Origin: an uncultured Pseudomonadales bacterium
GTDB taxonomy: Bacteria; Patescibacteriota; Microgenomatia; UBA1400; PJMF01
Assembly (NCBI GenBank): GCA_964495475.1
Contig: CAZBVY010000001.1
Location: 4,239 to 68,238, forward strand
Direction of reading: 5' to 3'
Length of the DNA stretch: 64,000 nucleotides
Shown: one piece after another, positions 8,962-18,497 of the stretch
Layout of the letters: the number at the start of each line of letters is the position of its first letter
How positions within the stretch are numbered: position 1 is the first letter of the stretch
The notes under the pieces: model-generated
What the model saw: the letters and a program-made list of their open reading frames with translations, nothing else
What the model was told of the DNA's origin: nothing
The model's database searches: none
Position numbers and translations under genes: made by a program

Positions 8962-9852
8962 ATGAAAATCATAAAAGGTTTAATCATCACAGCTTTACTT
9001 CTGACAGTGGCTGTCTTCGGTCTTAATGTCGTACGCTCAAAATACCAGTCATTTCGGACGCAACAGTTTGAAGGTCAAAAGATCCGGGAAATCAAAGAGA
9101 TTACAGAAAAGCTCAGTACCGACCCCAAATATCGGGATCACACCGCTCAAGCCACCAAGGAGTTAAGAGAAAAGCTATGTTCTTTGACCGCGCGGCCAGT
9201 TGAAGAGCGAGAAAAATCAATAGCCGCCATTCGTGACTTCCTGGAAATGCCGACTGTTGAAGTGGAATATGAATGTAGTAACGCTTTTTATAGTCTGGAA
9301 GAAGACCAATTTATCCCAGCAAAGGGTGAAACCTATACTGTCGGCTTAACTTACTTCATTGTCGATCCCGAGACTAATAATGTCTTACGGGTAGAAGAAA
9401 CTCCCGGGACTTGGGGATATAAAATCGATGGCAGTCGTTGGTTTAGTGAAGGCAAAGAATATGATTACTCCGCCAATTATTCTCAGGAGGAAGTCGAACA
9501 AATTGTCAGAAGCTTTATTGCCAAACAATCCTCATCTATTGGCAACATTGATCTGAGCAGATTGACGCTGGAGACTGGTAAGAAGGATGGTGATAACGGT
9601 AGGGTAAATTATTTCTTCATTTGGAGAGGTGAAGCGCAAAAAGTCCAACATAATCCACCGCTTGAAACTTGTAGTGAGGACTTAAATAAGGACGTTGAGG
9701 GTTTGTACTATAACGGCAACGGTGTTCCTTGTATTAAGGTTTATGAGTCGACTGAACAACCAAGCTTAAGTATTGCCTTTACTAATGGTGGTCAGCTGAT
9801 TAATTTCTCCAATGAGTTGAATGGACCGGTGAGTAGAGCCACTACCAGATAA
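8962..9852 (+). CDS. secreted/membrane-anchored hypothetical protein
   Basis: N-terminal signal/TM segment, 296 aa, GC about 45-48% (foreign). Confidence 0.55.
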   Translation: MKIIKGLIITALLLTVAVFGLNVVRSKYQSFRTQQFEGQKIREIKEITEKLSTDPKYRDHTAQATKELREKLCSLTARPVEEREKSIAAIRDFLEMPTVEVEYECSNAFYSLEEDQFIPAKGETYTVGLTYFIVDPETNNVLRVEETPGTWGYKIDGSRWFSEGKEYDYSANYSQEEVEQIVRSFIAKQSSSIGNIDLSRLTLETGKKDGDNGRVNYFFIWRGEAQKVQHNPPLETCSEDLNKDVEGLYYNGNGVPCIKVYESTEQPSLSIAFTNGGQLINFSNELNGPVSRATTR

Positions 9853-10047
9853 TTTTATGAAAAAGCTACATCGCTTTATTGCTCTCAAGCTCTTGGTGTT
9901 TATCGAAATGCAGGTTAAGCTGTTAAAACGTTTGGTTTTCCGTTCTTCACAATGTCCCTAAGAAACGGTTTGACGGCCACATTAGGTATAACTTCTCCAA
10001 CCAGGCAGCAAACGCCCCACAAAAACGGCCACGGTGGCAAACCGTAT

Positions 10048-13000
10048 TCAGTTTTTGATAATGTCTATTAGTTTTTCCTTAACTGAATCGATATTAAGGG
10101 AAGTAATCTCACTAGCAGCAAGCGTAATTTGTGCCGCTTTCTTTATTCCTTCAACAGTCGAATCTTTACAAGCATCCAAAACATCTTTTGATTCTTGGTC
10201 ATGCCATGTCGCAAATAAATGCCCTGCCAAGTTTGTCCATCTTTTAATTAGGAGGTCCACAAGATAATCATCAAGTGTCCAGCAAAAAATAGAAAAATCC
10301 TTTAATGACGATGTTAGTAAAGCGCTAGCATACAATGAGTATTTCCTATCATCGTCTTGGGTTAATATGTGTATTGCCGCAACTGCTCTGAGTGCCACGT
10401 CTGCCGTTCCATCTTGAATAAGATGTCGAGCTTTTTCTGTGGTCATAGTAGGAGCTTCTTGGACAAAATCGACCCATTCTTTGTATTTATCTAAGCCAAG
10501 CTTCTTTCCTGATGCTTCCCATTTACTCCAGGGTACTTCCTCAAAAGTATGTGATGTTAAAAATGAAAGAAGGGTAAATGCCAATGTGTGAGCAATTGTA
10601 GCCCCATGCGTCTTCAGTGCTTCTTGAATGTCTTGGGAGCTTATTTTCCTCATTGCTATATGCCGATTTTCAATTCCGATACTTACTTGTGTTAGAGTAA
10701 AAAAGTAAATAATGTCTTCGACCAATTTATCTAAATTACCGCTCTTTAAAGAGCGAACAATTTCAACCTTTTTGGTTTCAGCTTGAAAAAGTATTGGCAA
10801 AGTGTCGAATATATTCATTAACTTGTTGAAAGCGTTATTTTTTACTTGAAGCTCAACCTCAACTTCCGCAAGGAAACTCAATAAAGTCTCTGGGGGTGTA
10901 ATGGGTAGTTCTCTAAGTTTCTCGCTGAAATCTGTCGGGCTATGTGAGCCAGCAACAGGTTCAACATAGTCTAAGCCTACACTTCGATATTCTGGGTTTA
11001 TATTTTTCTGGAAATAAATTAGTGTATTGGATGTCATTTTTAACAAGCCAAGCGACCTAAGATTGGTTTTTGGACTGGGTAGTTTGGGTAAGGTTTCTAT
11101 TACATGGACAAAAATATCAATGCATTTTTCGTATTTGCCGAGCTTCCATAAGGAAAAGCCGTAATCAGCTAAACATTGAGTTGCGTATAATTTTTCATTT
11201 TGTCTTTTGGCGAGTTCTGAGGCTTCAAGAAAATGAGTCGAAGCAGTTTTCCAGTCGTTTAAATTTGCAAATGCAACAGCAGCATCGCGATAGGCAAAAG
11301 CTGCCGTTAAGTAGTTCTTCTTTGCTAGCTTTGGCAGCACCTCTTTCCATCTTTTCAATGCAAGAGAAAAATCTTTATTAATGAAAGCCATTTTGGCGTG
11401 GTAATTAATTAATTCCGGCAGCTCTCCTAATTCTTTTTTTCCAGCAGAAATAGCTTGTTCTGCTCCTGCTTTGTCATTGGTGTACTCGTTCTTAATAATT
11501 GCAATTGCACGAACAGCTAGAGCCGAGACACTCAGAGCCTTCTTCTTAGCGAAAAAGACCTGTATTTTTTCTAGTGCAATAAGTGCTTCTTCCCAATCTG
11601 GCTTATCTTTATCTATCTGATCCAACCAAACATTATCAACAACCCTTTTTGAGAGCATTGAATCAGTATTGATAGCATCAATAAGTTTTTGGCTATCAGG
11701 GAATTTGTCGAGCGCTGACATTAACCCTTCAATATTTGATGAGTTGATTCGTTTAGTAATAGCTACTTCGGGAATTATTTCAGCCCACGAAGTTTTTGGG
11801 TCACCCCAAGGTTGCTTAAAGATAGAGTTGATTTCTGGATTCTTATCCAGAAAGTCATATGCCGCCAATATCCACTCAACACATTTCTCTATGGGGATAT
11901 TTAGTGATTCGTACCTGAATACACTTAGGAAAAACATGAATGGGAAGAATTTTGCCTCTTTCTGCTTTTGGAAAGGTCCTTTTGCAGTAAAGTTTTTGGC
12001 ATCGTTAAACCATGCATCTGCAACTGCTAATGCCGACTTCATGTCTTTAGTTTCTACAGCAATGGTAAATTGAATAAATCTAAACATTAAGTTGAGGATT
12101 TCGTCCTGACTAATAGCAGGCTTATTCGTCCCGATATGCACAACTGTTAGCCATTCAAGGTATGGATAAATTAAAGCCTTGTGTTTGTTGTCTATCGACT
12201 GGAAGGCAGCAAAAGCGAAGGATAAGATCCGACCAGAGCCACTAGCCAACCCATGAAGAAATATGTTTGATAAATCTCTCGGAACCAATGTTTTTGATAA
12301 ATATGACTCTCCAGCTAAAGCATGAAGATTTTTAATCTCTTGTTCAGAGAAATTCCCTTGGGAGGAGTTATCTAGTAAAGGGCTTAAACTAAAATATTCT
12401 TCTGTAATTTGCTCCACGTATGGTCCAACTAATTGGTTAAAAAATATTGCTGGGGTTTTAATTGATGTTGGATAGGCGGCTAGAGCAATTGCATTTTTTT
12501 GTTTAAAAGATCCCGAAAGAACACTCAGTCTTAGTAACAAGTCTCGTGCTTCTGGTGAAGGTAATTCTTGATCTAGATTACTTACCGTTTCTCGTTTGAC
12601 AGCGCTTAGCTCTTCAGTCTTAAAAATTATTTTTGACTTGTCCCATCCTTCTTCTTTTAATCTGCGAATGCGCGCGTGAACAAGTTGAGGATGGGACTTT
12701 GTAGTAAACTCTAGATCTTTAATCCATAGATTTAGTTCCGATTGAGGACAATCATTAAGTTGAAGTAGTTCCTTGATTTCTTCAGTGGTAAATACTGGAA
12801 TATGGAGTTCGTTATTAGTGTTTAATCCCAACCTTGAAGCCAAAGAAGAGGGTATCTTTTTTTGAGAGGTAACGATAATCTTTTTGCCATGGGATCTCAA
12901 ATAAAGAACAAACTGTTCAAAAGTATCGGCATAAATAGCGTAATCTTGGCCAAAATTAATATCATCCAAAATAATATTTTGGGGAGCGTGCGCGTCAGTA

Positions 13001-14085
13001 TTACAAAGCCCATTTATGATGGCCTTGATATATTCGCTTTTTATGCCTCGAAAACTAATCCGTTCCCAGTTATTTCGTTCGGCCTCAACTGCTTGTAAAG
13101 ACAGGATTGATTTTCCCATGCCACTAGAACCAGTTATTGCGAGGACGTCCAAAGTTTTTAGTCTTCCGAGAATTGTTTGTTTTAACGACTTTCTAGTAAC
13201 AAACAATTTTCTGTCTGGAATATGAGGAGCGGAAATCTTAGTATCAATCGTGTTTCCACCTGGGTTTGGAGGGATTAAATTACCTTGACTGAGAACAATA
13301 GCTGTTAATTGAGAAGCTGCATTTCTTAACAATTCCAACTCTCCTTTGGACACCGGTGTGGTGGTAAGAGCTTCAAACTCTCTAATGAAATCTGCTTTGC
13401 TCAAACTTCGTTCTTTAATTTCTTTTTTGCACACTGTTTTCAAAACAGTATCAAAAAGTAAAGGTGCTGTCTTTTTTGATTCATCTGCCTTTAGACTATG
13501 TTTATCTCCATGCACAATAAGTAAGTCTTCTATAGATTTTCGGAGAGCAGACAAGCTATCTCTTTCTGTTAACCAGCTAATTGGAAGTACTAAATTATCT
13601 AGTATTTCTTGATCGGTTGCAGTTTTTAGATATTCAACCAGATCAGTAGGGAAGCCATCAATCTGCTTCAAGAACTTTCTCAGTGGCTTTACTTGGTTGC
13701 TATTCTTGCAGTGCTCCCAATAGTCCAACCCCCTTTGACCACTAAATGGGTTGCCTTGTTCTTGCCCTCTTGCGGCAGTGGTGAAAAATCGAAATATTAC
13801 ATGCCTTTGGTCGTTTTTCTTTAATGTCCAATAGTCAATAATCGCTTTAATAACTTCTGCTGACCTTAATGTAATGTTTTTTGATAAATGTTTTACCTGA
13901 GTAGTTGTCGACGAGGAGGTGGACAGCAAATCAATGTCTTCTGCCCCTTCCAGGTATAAAATTTCGCCATCTTCTAGATTAATCCATGCATGCAAGCTTT
14001 CCCATGCTTGGTATACATACCCTTGAAAGATATCGGTGGCTTGTCTTTTGGCATCTGCCGCTAGGGGTTGCATTTCATCTGTCAT
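10048..14085 (-). CDS. antiviral-STAND-like protein: N-terminal restriction-endonuclease-like (Cap4/DUF4297-type) domain + P-loop STAND NTPase + C-terminal TPR array
   Basis: N-terminal GYVYQ...EDIDLL...QVKH nuclease-like motifs. Walker A AITGSSGMGKS, Walker B IILDD. Long C-terminal TPR-like repeats. 1345 aa. Confidence 0.7.
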   Translation of the reverse strand: MTDEMQPLAADAKRQATDIFQGYVYQAWESLHAWINLEDGEILYLEGAEDIDLLSTSSSTTTQVKHLSKNITLRSAEVIKAIIDYWTLKKNDQRHVIFRFFTTAARGQEQGNPFSGQRGLDYWEHCKNSNQVKPLRKFLKQIDGFPTDLVEYLKTATDQEILDNLVLPISWLTERDSLSALRKSIEDLLIVHGDKHSLKADESKKTAPLLFDTVLKTVCKKEIKERSLSKADFIREFEALTTTPVSKGELELLRNAASQLTAIVLSQGNLIPPNPGGNTIDTKISAPHIPDRKLFVTRKSLKQTILGRLKTLDVLAITGSSGMGKSILSLQAVEAERNNWERISFRGIKSEYIKAIINGLCNTDAHAPQNIILDDINFGQDYAIYADTFEQFVLYLRSHGKKIIVTSQKKIPSSLASRLGLNTNNELHIPVFTTEEIKELLQLNDCPQSELNLWIKDLEFTTKSHPQLVHARIRRLKEEGWDKSKIIFKTEELSAVKRETVSNLDQELPSPEARDLLLRLSVLSGSFKQKNAIALAAYPTSIKTPAIFFNQLVGPYVEQITEEYFSLSPLLDNSSQGNFSEQEIKNLHALAGESYLSKTLVPRDLSNIFLHGLASGSGRILSFAFAAFQSIDNKHKALIYPYLEWLTVVHIGTNKPAISQDEILNLMFRFIQFTIAVETKDMKSALAVADAWFNDAKNFTAKGPFQKQKEAKFFPFMFFLSVFRYESLNIPIEKCVEWILAAYDFLDKNPEINSIFKQPWGDPKTSWAEIIPEVAITKRINSSNIEGLMSALDKFPDSQKLIDAINTDSMLSKRVVDNVWLDQIDKDKPDWEEALIALEKIQVFFAKKKALSVSALAVRAIAIIKNEYTNDKAGAEQAISAGKKELGELPELINYHAKMAFINKDFSLALKRWKEVLPKLAKKNYLTAAFAYRDAAVAFANLNDWKTASTHFLEASELAKRQNEKLYATQCLADYGFSLWKLGKYEKCIDIFVHVIETLPKLPSPKTNLRSLGLLKMTSNTLIYFQKNINPEYRSVGLDYVEPVAGSHSPTDFSEKLRELPITPPETLLSFLAEVEVELQVKNNAFNKLMNIFDTLPILFQAETKKVEIVRSLKSGNLDKLVEDIIYFFTLTQVSIGIENRHIAMRKISSQDIQEALKTHGATIAHTLAFTLLSFLTSHTFEEVPWSKWEASGKKLGLDKYKEWVDFVQEAPTMTTEKARHLIQDGTADVALRAVAAIHILTQDDDRKYSLYASALLTSSLKDFSIFCWTLDDYLVDLLIKRWTNLAGHLFATWHDQESKDVLDACKDSTVEGIKKAAQITLAASEITSLNIDSVKEKLIDIIKN

Positions 14086-14095
14086 AAAATTCGTG

Positions 14096-14287
14096 TCAAG
14101 GTTTGGGGTTCAAGATCTTTTCTATCTCTTCTGGCTTATACCGTCTATCGCCGCGCTCATTTACTCGTATTGACTTGAGTTTCCCTGCCTTGTCCCACCG
14201 CCTCAAGGTTTCGACATGAACGTTCAAAACCTCAGCTGCTTGGCGGATAGTTAAAAGTTTTGGTAGAGTGGTGTTTTTCTTCGACAT
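14096..14287 (-). CDS. excisionase/AlpA-family HTH DNA-binding protein
   Basis: LLTIRQAAEVLNVHVETLRRWDKAGKL matches the Xis-type HTH_17 signature. Confidence 0.65.
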   Translation of the reverse strand: MSKKNTTLPKLLTIRQAAEVLNVHVETLRRWDKAGKLKSIRVNERGDRRYKPEEIEKILNPKP

Positions 14288-14340
14288 AACTCAACTTAAT
14301 TATACAATTTTTCGATGAAAAAGGTTATACTTAACCTGAC

Positions 14341-14643
14341 ATGAAATCAATTTTTACCATCATTGTATTTGTTGTTTTGGGTTACTTCCTCTACAGCAGG
14401 TTTATAAAATATCCATACAGATATGTGGGGTATTTTTACCCTAGTATTGATATTCTTAGTGAATGGGTAGAGTCCGAACCAATTGGATCAGTTGACGAGT
14501 GCCGTGAGTGGGCGGAAGAGATGGCTGATGAGTACGAGGTGGCTTATAGTGGCAACTACGACTATGAGTGCGGTAAAGACTGCTACAAAGGTGACCCATA
14601 TTATCAAGGGCTCAAATATACTTGCCACACCTCAGTGGATTAG
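14341..14643 (+). CDS. small membrane-anchored Cys/Tyr-rich hypothetical protein
   Basis: N-terminal TM helix; the C-terminal half is very GC-rich (foreign). Confidence 0.45.
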   Translation: MKSIFTIIVFVVLGYFLYSRFIKYPYRYVGYFYPSIDILSEWVESEPIGSVDECREWAEEMADEYEVAYSGNYDYECGKDCYKGDPYYQGLKYTCHTSVD

Positions 14644-14863
14644 TGCAATGAAAAAAGTTTATTTCTGACAGTCCCATAATGTGTTTTCTTAGCCTGTGAA
14701 GCAAAGATTTGCTTGTGGCTGTAGATCCGGAATATGGATATAGCCTGGAGTATTTTGTATAATTGTTCTAACATCGTTCACGATGTCCCGCATCCTAGGA
14801 TTCAAACTATAACGATGCAATTTGTGTTTTTCCTTTCTATTTCATCTCAAATAAATAGTTATT

Positions 14864-14924
14864 TTGACTAAATATATAGGTCCTATTCGCTTTGTTACTT
14901 GACTAAAGTATATATATATATAGG
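14864..14924. repeat. two direct copies of TTGACTAAA(G)TATATA..TAGG, the second containing a (TA)8 microsatellite
   Basis: Copies at 14864-14880 and 14899-14924, about 35 nt apart, upstream of the 73-aa gene. Confidence 0.6.
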
Positions 14925-14987
14925 TGTATATTATCGGTTGCTGTTGATTCAGCAAATCTCAAAATTCTGTTTTATGGAGGTGTAATT

Positions 14988-15209
14988 GTGAGTTGGGATC
15001 GGAAAGAGAATCGTGAATCAGCGCAGGAAAAATTCCGCAATGCATGTCAAGCTGCGGGGCTCTCCGAAGCGGAGCGTCAAGAGTTCAGCAAATACATGCA
15101 TAACAACAATTTATTATCGGATTACATGTCCTACGACGAGATTAAACGTCTCGCCGGGGAATGGAAAGGCCGCAGCGGCTACAATCCATATCATCGTAAC
15201 AATCGATAA
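14988..15209 (+). CDS. small hypothetical protein (GTG start, strong GGAGGT RBS)
   Basis: 73 aa, GC above 50%, followed by a clear intrinsic terminator. Confidence 0.5.
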   Translation: MSWDRKENRESAQEKFRNACQAAGLSEAERQEFSKYMHNNNLLSDYMSYDEIKRLAGEWKGRSGYNPYHRNNR

Positions 15210-15221
15210 TAAATTCAAACT

Positions 15222-15255
15222 GAGGGCAGAGAAATCTGCCCTCTTTTACGTTTTT
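15222..15255 (+). terminator. rho-independent terminator
   Basis: GAGGGCAG-agaaat-CTGCCCTC hairpin followed by TTTTACGTTTTT. Confidence 0.65.
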
Positions 15256-15265
15256 AAGAAATATA

Positions 15266-15736
15266 TTAATCAATTTCGTAAAAAAAGGCTATTTGGCAAT
15301 TATCTGTTTGTTTAGCTAAAGTTATTTCTTTTTTCTTATTATTAGAAATGGAAATAAGTCCAAACCTATTGGGTAAAACATTTATAACACTTTGATCATT
15401 AAACACAATTGACACTGTTTTAGCTGTGGTACTAAATTTAAATTCAGTAATTTCTTTAATTTTATTTTTTAATTTTTGCTCAACAAAGGTTTCGGTTCTT
15501 TTATATAGCTGCAAAGCCGTTTCATCATCATTTTTAAATTCAGTCATAAACAAATAATCATCACTATCATAATTCCAAACACCATCTATAGTAATTGTTA
15601 GTTTTTTACCACTCTTATCTTGTAAAATAAAATATAGTTCTGTACCAGCTGCTTTGAATATATCTATTATTGGTAAGCCAATAACTTGATTGAATGTTTT
15701 TTTATACTCTTCTACGGTAATTTCTTTTTGCATCAC
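15266..15736 (-). CDS. hypothetical protein
   Basis: 156-aa ORF with host-like AT-rich composition. Confidence 0.45.
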   Translation of the reverse strand: MMQKEITVEEYKKTFNQVIGLPIIDIFKAAGTELYFILQDKSGKKLTITIDGVWNYDSDDYLFMTEFKNDDETALQLYKRTETFVEQKLKNKIKEITEFKFSTTAKTVSIVFNDQSVINVLPNRFGLISISNNKKKEITLAKQTDNCQIAFFYEID

Positions 15737-15932
15737 TTAATTCTATACTATTTAGTCAAGAAAGATAATTTCAAAAACAAGACGCTCTCTTTTTATACTG
15801 TCTCATTTGTCTCATTTTCAGTATAATCACCTCTAGCAGGTGATGGTATTATAAAGACGTAGGGTTCCAGACCCACCTGCTCCGCAAAACGCTTTATTTT
15901 ACACGTCTAGAATTTACTTGTATAATTAAACC

Positions 15933-16580
15933 ATGCTTGAAGACAATGAAAAAACAATAGAATCTAATTCTTTAAAAAAAGAAGCCCCTAAGGCTCTAGA
16001 AAAAGAAAACCTTAAAACAGGGAGCATCGTTATTGGCGATAAAAACCCAGAAGAATTGCTAAAAGCAATGGAAGACAAAGAAATTTATATTGATTATCGC
16101 GCAAAAGAGGTAATGGAAAATCCTGACTTTACATCTCACCTAAAGATTAAATTAAATATTTTTCAAACAATTTTCAAAAAAGTTTTTGAACCCAATGAAA
16201 ACCAACCAACTACTGAAACAGTACAGTTTGTAAAAATAAGAATCAGGGATTTAGGATTTTCAACTGAGCCAACTATCGAAGAAATTTTTGAGAAAGCTAG
16301 AGAGCTCGGCCTTGAACTTTGTCCAGCAGAAGTTGGTCCCCAATATAGATTGCAATATGATGATCAGCCGGCAAAAGAGTGGCTTTATGTAGGGATGAAA
16401 CCACTTGACACTTCTAACGGAGAGGGGATCTTTTTGCTCAAAAACAATAATATTGATGGTTCAAAATTGGATTTTTGTAGAACAACAAGAGATGGTACTC
16501 TAGGATTAGATGACAGAATAAATGAAGAAATAATGTTTCGTTTTTCATCAAAGAAAAAAGTCAGTCAACTAAAAATATAG
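15933..16580 (+). CDS. hypothetical protein
   Basis: 215-aa ORF with a TATAAT-like element upstream. Confidence 0.5.
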   Translation: MLEDNEKTIESNSLKKEAPKALEKENLKTGSIVIGDKNPEELLKAMEDKEIYIDYRAKEVMENPDFTSHLKIKLNIFQTIFKKVFEPNENQPTTETVQFVKIRIRDLGFSTEPTIEEIFEKARELGLELCPAEVGPQYRLQYDDQPAKEWLYVGMKPLDTSNGEGIFLLKNNNIDGSKLDFCRTTRDGTLGLDDRINEEIMFRFSSKKKVSQLKI

Positions 16581-16658
16581 TGTTAATAGATAAAAAGCTC
16601 CAACTTCCTCCCATGCTCTCCGCCAGATGCAAGAAATCTGCTACTAAAAACAAAAGTC

Positions 16659-16931
16659 ATGACAACTAATTTCCAAAATAAAGTTTATCAAATTGTTAGT
16701 GCAATTCCGCCAGGACAAACTAGAACATATAAACAGATTGCCAATAGTTTGGGAATAAAAGCTTACCAAGCTATCGGTCAAGCTCTAAAGAAAAATCCTG
16801 ATCCAAAAAATATTCCTTGCCATCGAGTAATTAAAAGTAATGGTGAAGTTGGTGGTTATTTTGGAGAAAATAACTCGATTGCTAAAGAAAAAAAACTAAA
16901 ACTATTAAGAGCCGAAGGAGTTAAAATTTAA
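16659..16931 (+). CDS. MGMT-family methylated-DNA-protein-cysteine methyltransferase DNA-binding domain protein
   Basis: IPCHRVI active-site motif and helix-turn-wing; stand-alone 90-aa domain. Confidence 0.7.
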   Translation: MTTNFQNKVYQIVSAIPPGQTRTYKQIANSLGIKAYQAIGQALKKNPDPKNIPCHRVIKSNGEVGGYFGENNSIAKEKKLKLLRAEGVKI

Positions 16932-16964
16932 GCTAAATTATTAAAAATTACAAAGGAACAAAAA

Positions 16965-17231
16965 ATGAAAAAAGGAATAGAATGTCATGATTTTGGGGGA
17001 AACTTTTACTACGATCAATGTGGTAAAAAACAATATCATTATCAAAAAGAAGATTATCTTACTGGATTGGTTCATTTAAATTTATTGTGGTCTGCATTGG
17101 GACAAGTCAATAAAGAACTTCAACAAGCTAGAGAAAAAAATCAGGAAGAAGAAATACAATCTTTAACAATTAAACAACAACAGTTAGCAGAAAAAATAAA
17201 AAACCAATACGGTGCCCAGATTAAACAATAA
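16965..17231 (+). CDS. hypothetical protein
   Basis: 88-aa ORF. Confidence 0.35.
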   Translation: MKKGIECHDFGGNFYYDQCGKKQYHYQKEDYLTGLVHLNLLWSALGQVNKELQQAREKNQEEEIQSLTIKQQQLAEKIKNQYGAQIKQ

Positions 17232-17261
17232 TAAAAAAATAAATTTTAAAAACTTGATTTT

Positions 17262-17831
17262 TTATTCCCTACAACAATCCACCGCCTTCTTCACCAGCTC
17301 CCCCAACTTCTCAAACACGCCTGCGCTAGCCTTTTCCGCTGGCTTCTTCTCCTCGCTAATAAAGGAAATCTTTGCTACCTTATTCTGTTTCACCCCTGCC
17401 AAATCTTTAGTTCCTACTAAATTTAAATTCAAACCCCAAAACAAAGAATACAATTGATAGGCTTTTTGAAACATTTCTTCACTATCTTTTTTATCACCTT
17501 TAGTTAAGGATTTAGTTCCGACTTCCATAAATCTCATAGAAGCAGCCAGGAGATGCTTACTAATGCACCAAACTTCTCCTTCATAGTCTTTGATAATACG
17601 CTTAAGAGCACTTTTACGCATTTCTCTAATTTCATTAAGCAAATCTAAATACTTGGCATCTTTAGTCTTGTTGTAAGTAAAGAAAAAATGTTCCTCCATG
17701 GAAATAAGATTCATGATGGCAATAGATAAATCTTCGTCAGAGGAAAGATCCAATTTATGACCTTTTTCCATGGCTTTAACTTTATTCATAAATTGATTAA
17801 TGTCTGACTGTGCCGATTGATTTTTTTTCAT
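17262..17831 (-). CDS. hypothetical protein
   Basis: 189-aa ORF. Confidence 0.45.
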   Translation of the reverse strand: MKKNQSAQSDINQFMNKVKAMEKGHKLDLSSDEDLSIAIMNLISMEEHFFFTYNKTKDAKYLDLLNEIREMRKSALKRIIKDYEGEVWCISKHLLAASMRFMEVGTKSLTKGDKKDSEEMFQKAYQLYSLFWGLNLNLVGTKDLAGVKQNKVAKISFISEEKKPAEKASAGVFEKLGELVKKAVDCCRE

Positions 17832-17862
17832 AATTTATAGCTTTCTTTAAAAAATTTGTTAA

Positions 17863-18366
17863 CTAAAGAGTAATTAAAAATAAAATGAAACTCCCAATAG
17901 TTAATAAAAATACTGGAGCAATCACTTTCTGATAATAAATATAAACTTTGCCTTCATTAGTAGTGCGTAAATATTGATCAAGTTTAACACCAGCAAAAAA
18001 CAAAATGGAACCAATAATTGTGCCTAATATGATCTTATCAATTCCCCACAAAGTATTGTTTGCTAAACCAATCATTTTTGCCATATAAAGTGGAGGCAGG
18101 ACAAAAATAATCATCAATAACACCGCAAGTATTTTGGGATAAGGAATTTTCCAAGGTTTTTTACTTGCCCAATCAGCTAACCAAAAACCACTGGAAAGAA
18201 TCAGACCACCAACCCAAATTCCCATTACTGCATCATCTATGCCTATCCAACGCGAAATTCCCAATCCGCCGGCCACTGCCACTGTACAGATGGGGCAAAC
18301 GGCTTTTGCTGGAAAAACAAATATCAAAGAGAGTAAAAATAAAAAAAGAGTAAATAAAATTATCAT
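17863..18366 (-). CDS. hypothetical integral membrane protein
   Basis: Four or five predicted TM helices. Confidence 0.5.
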   Translation of the reverse strand: MIILFTLFLFLLSLIFVFPAKAVCPICTVAVAGGLGISRWIGIDDAVMGIWVGGLILSSGFWLADWASKKPWKIPYPKILAVLLMIIFVLPPLYMAKMIGLANNTLWGIDKIILGTIIGSILFFAGVKLDQYLRTTNEGKVYIYYQKVIAPVFLLTIGSFILFLITL

Positions 18367-18497
18367 CTTTAAATTCCTTAACCAAAGTATACTACATATA
18401 GATGGAGTTAAATATATAAATTTTTCTTTATTCCGGCAAGAGGTATTTCTAGTCGCTACTGTTTCCTTGTATCTTACTTTGATAGAATCAGACTACT

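Larger units (their letters stand above)
8587..15255. mobile_element. GC-rich genomic island (defence island; no integrase retained)
   Basis: GC 40-55% against about 30% flanks. XRE, STAND, Xis-HTH and small genes. The right edge coincides with a terminator and a return to AT-rich sequence. Confidence 0.45.

Noticed and set aside
9853-10047. GGCCACGGTGGC-type dyads and repeated ACGGCCAC between convergent genes as a possible att site
   Set aside because: The stems are too short or irregular for a confident call. They are more likely an imperfect terminator region of the GC-rich island.
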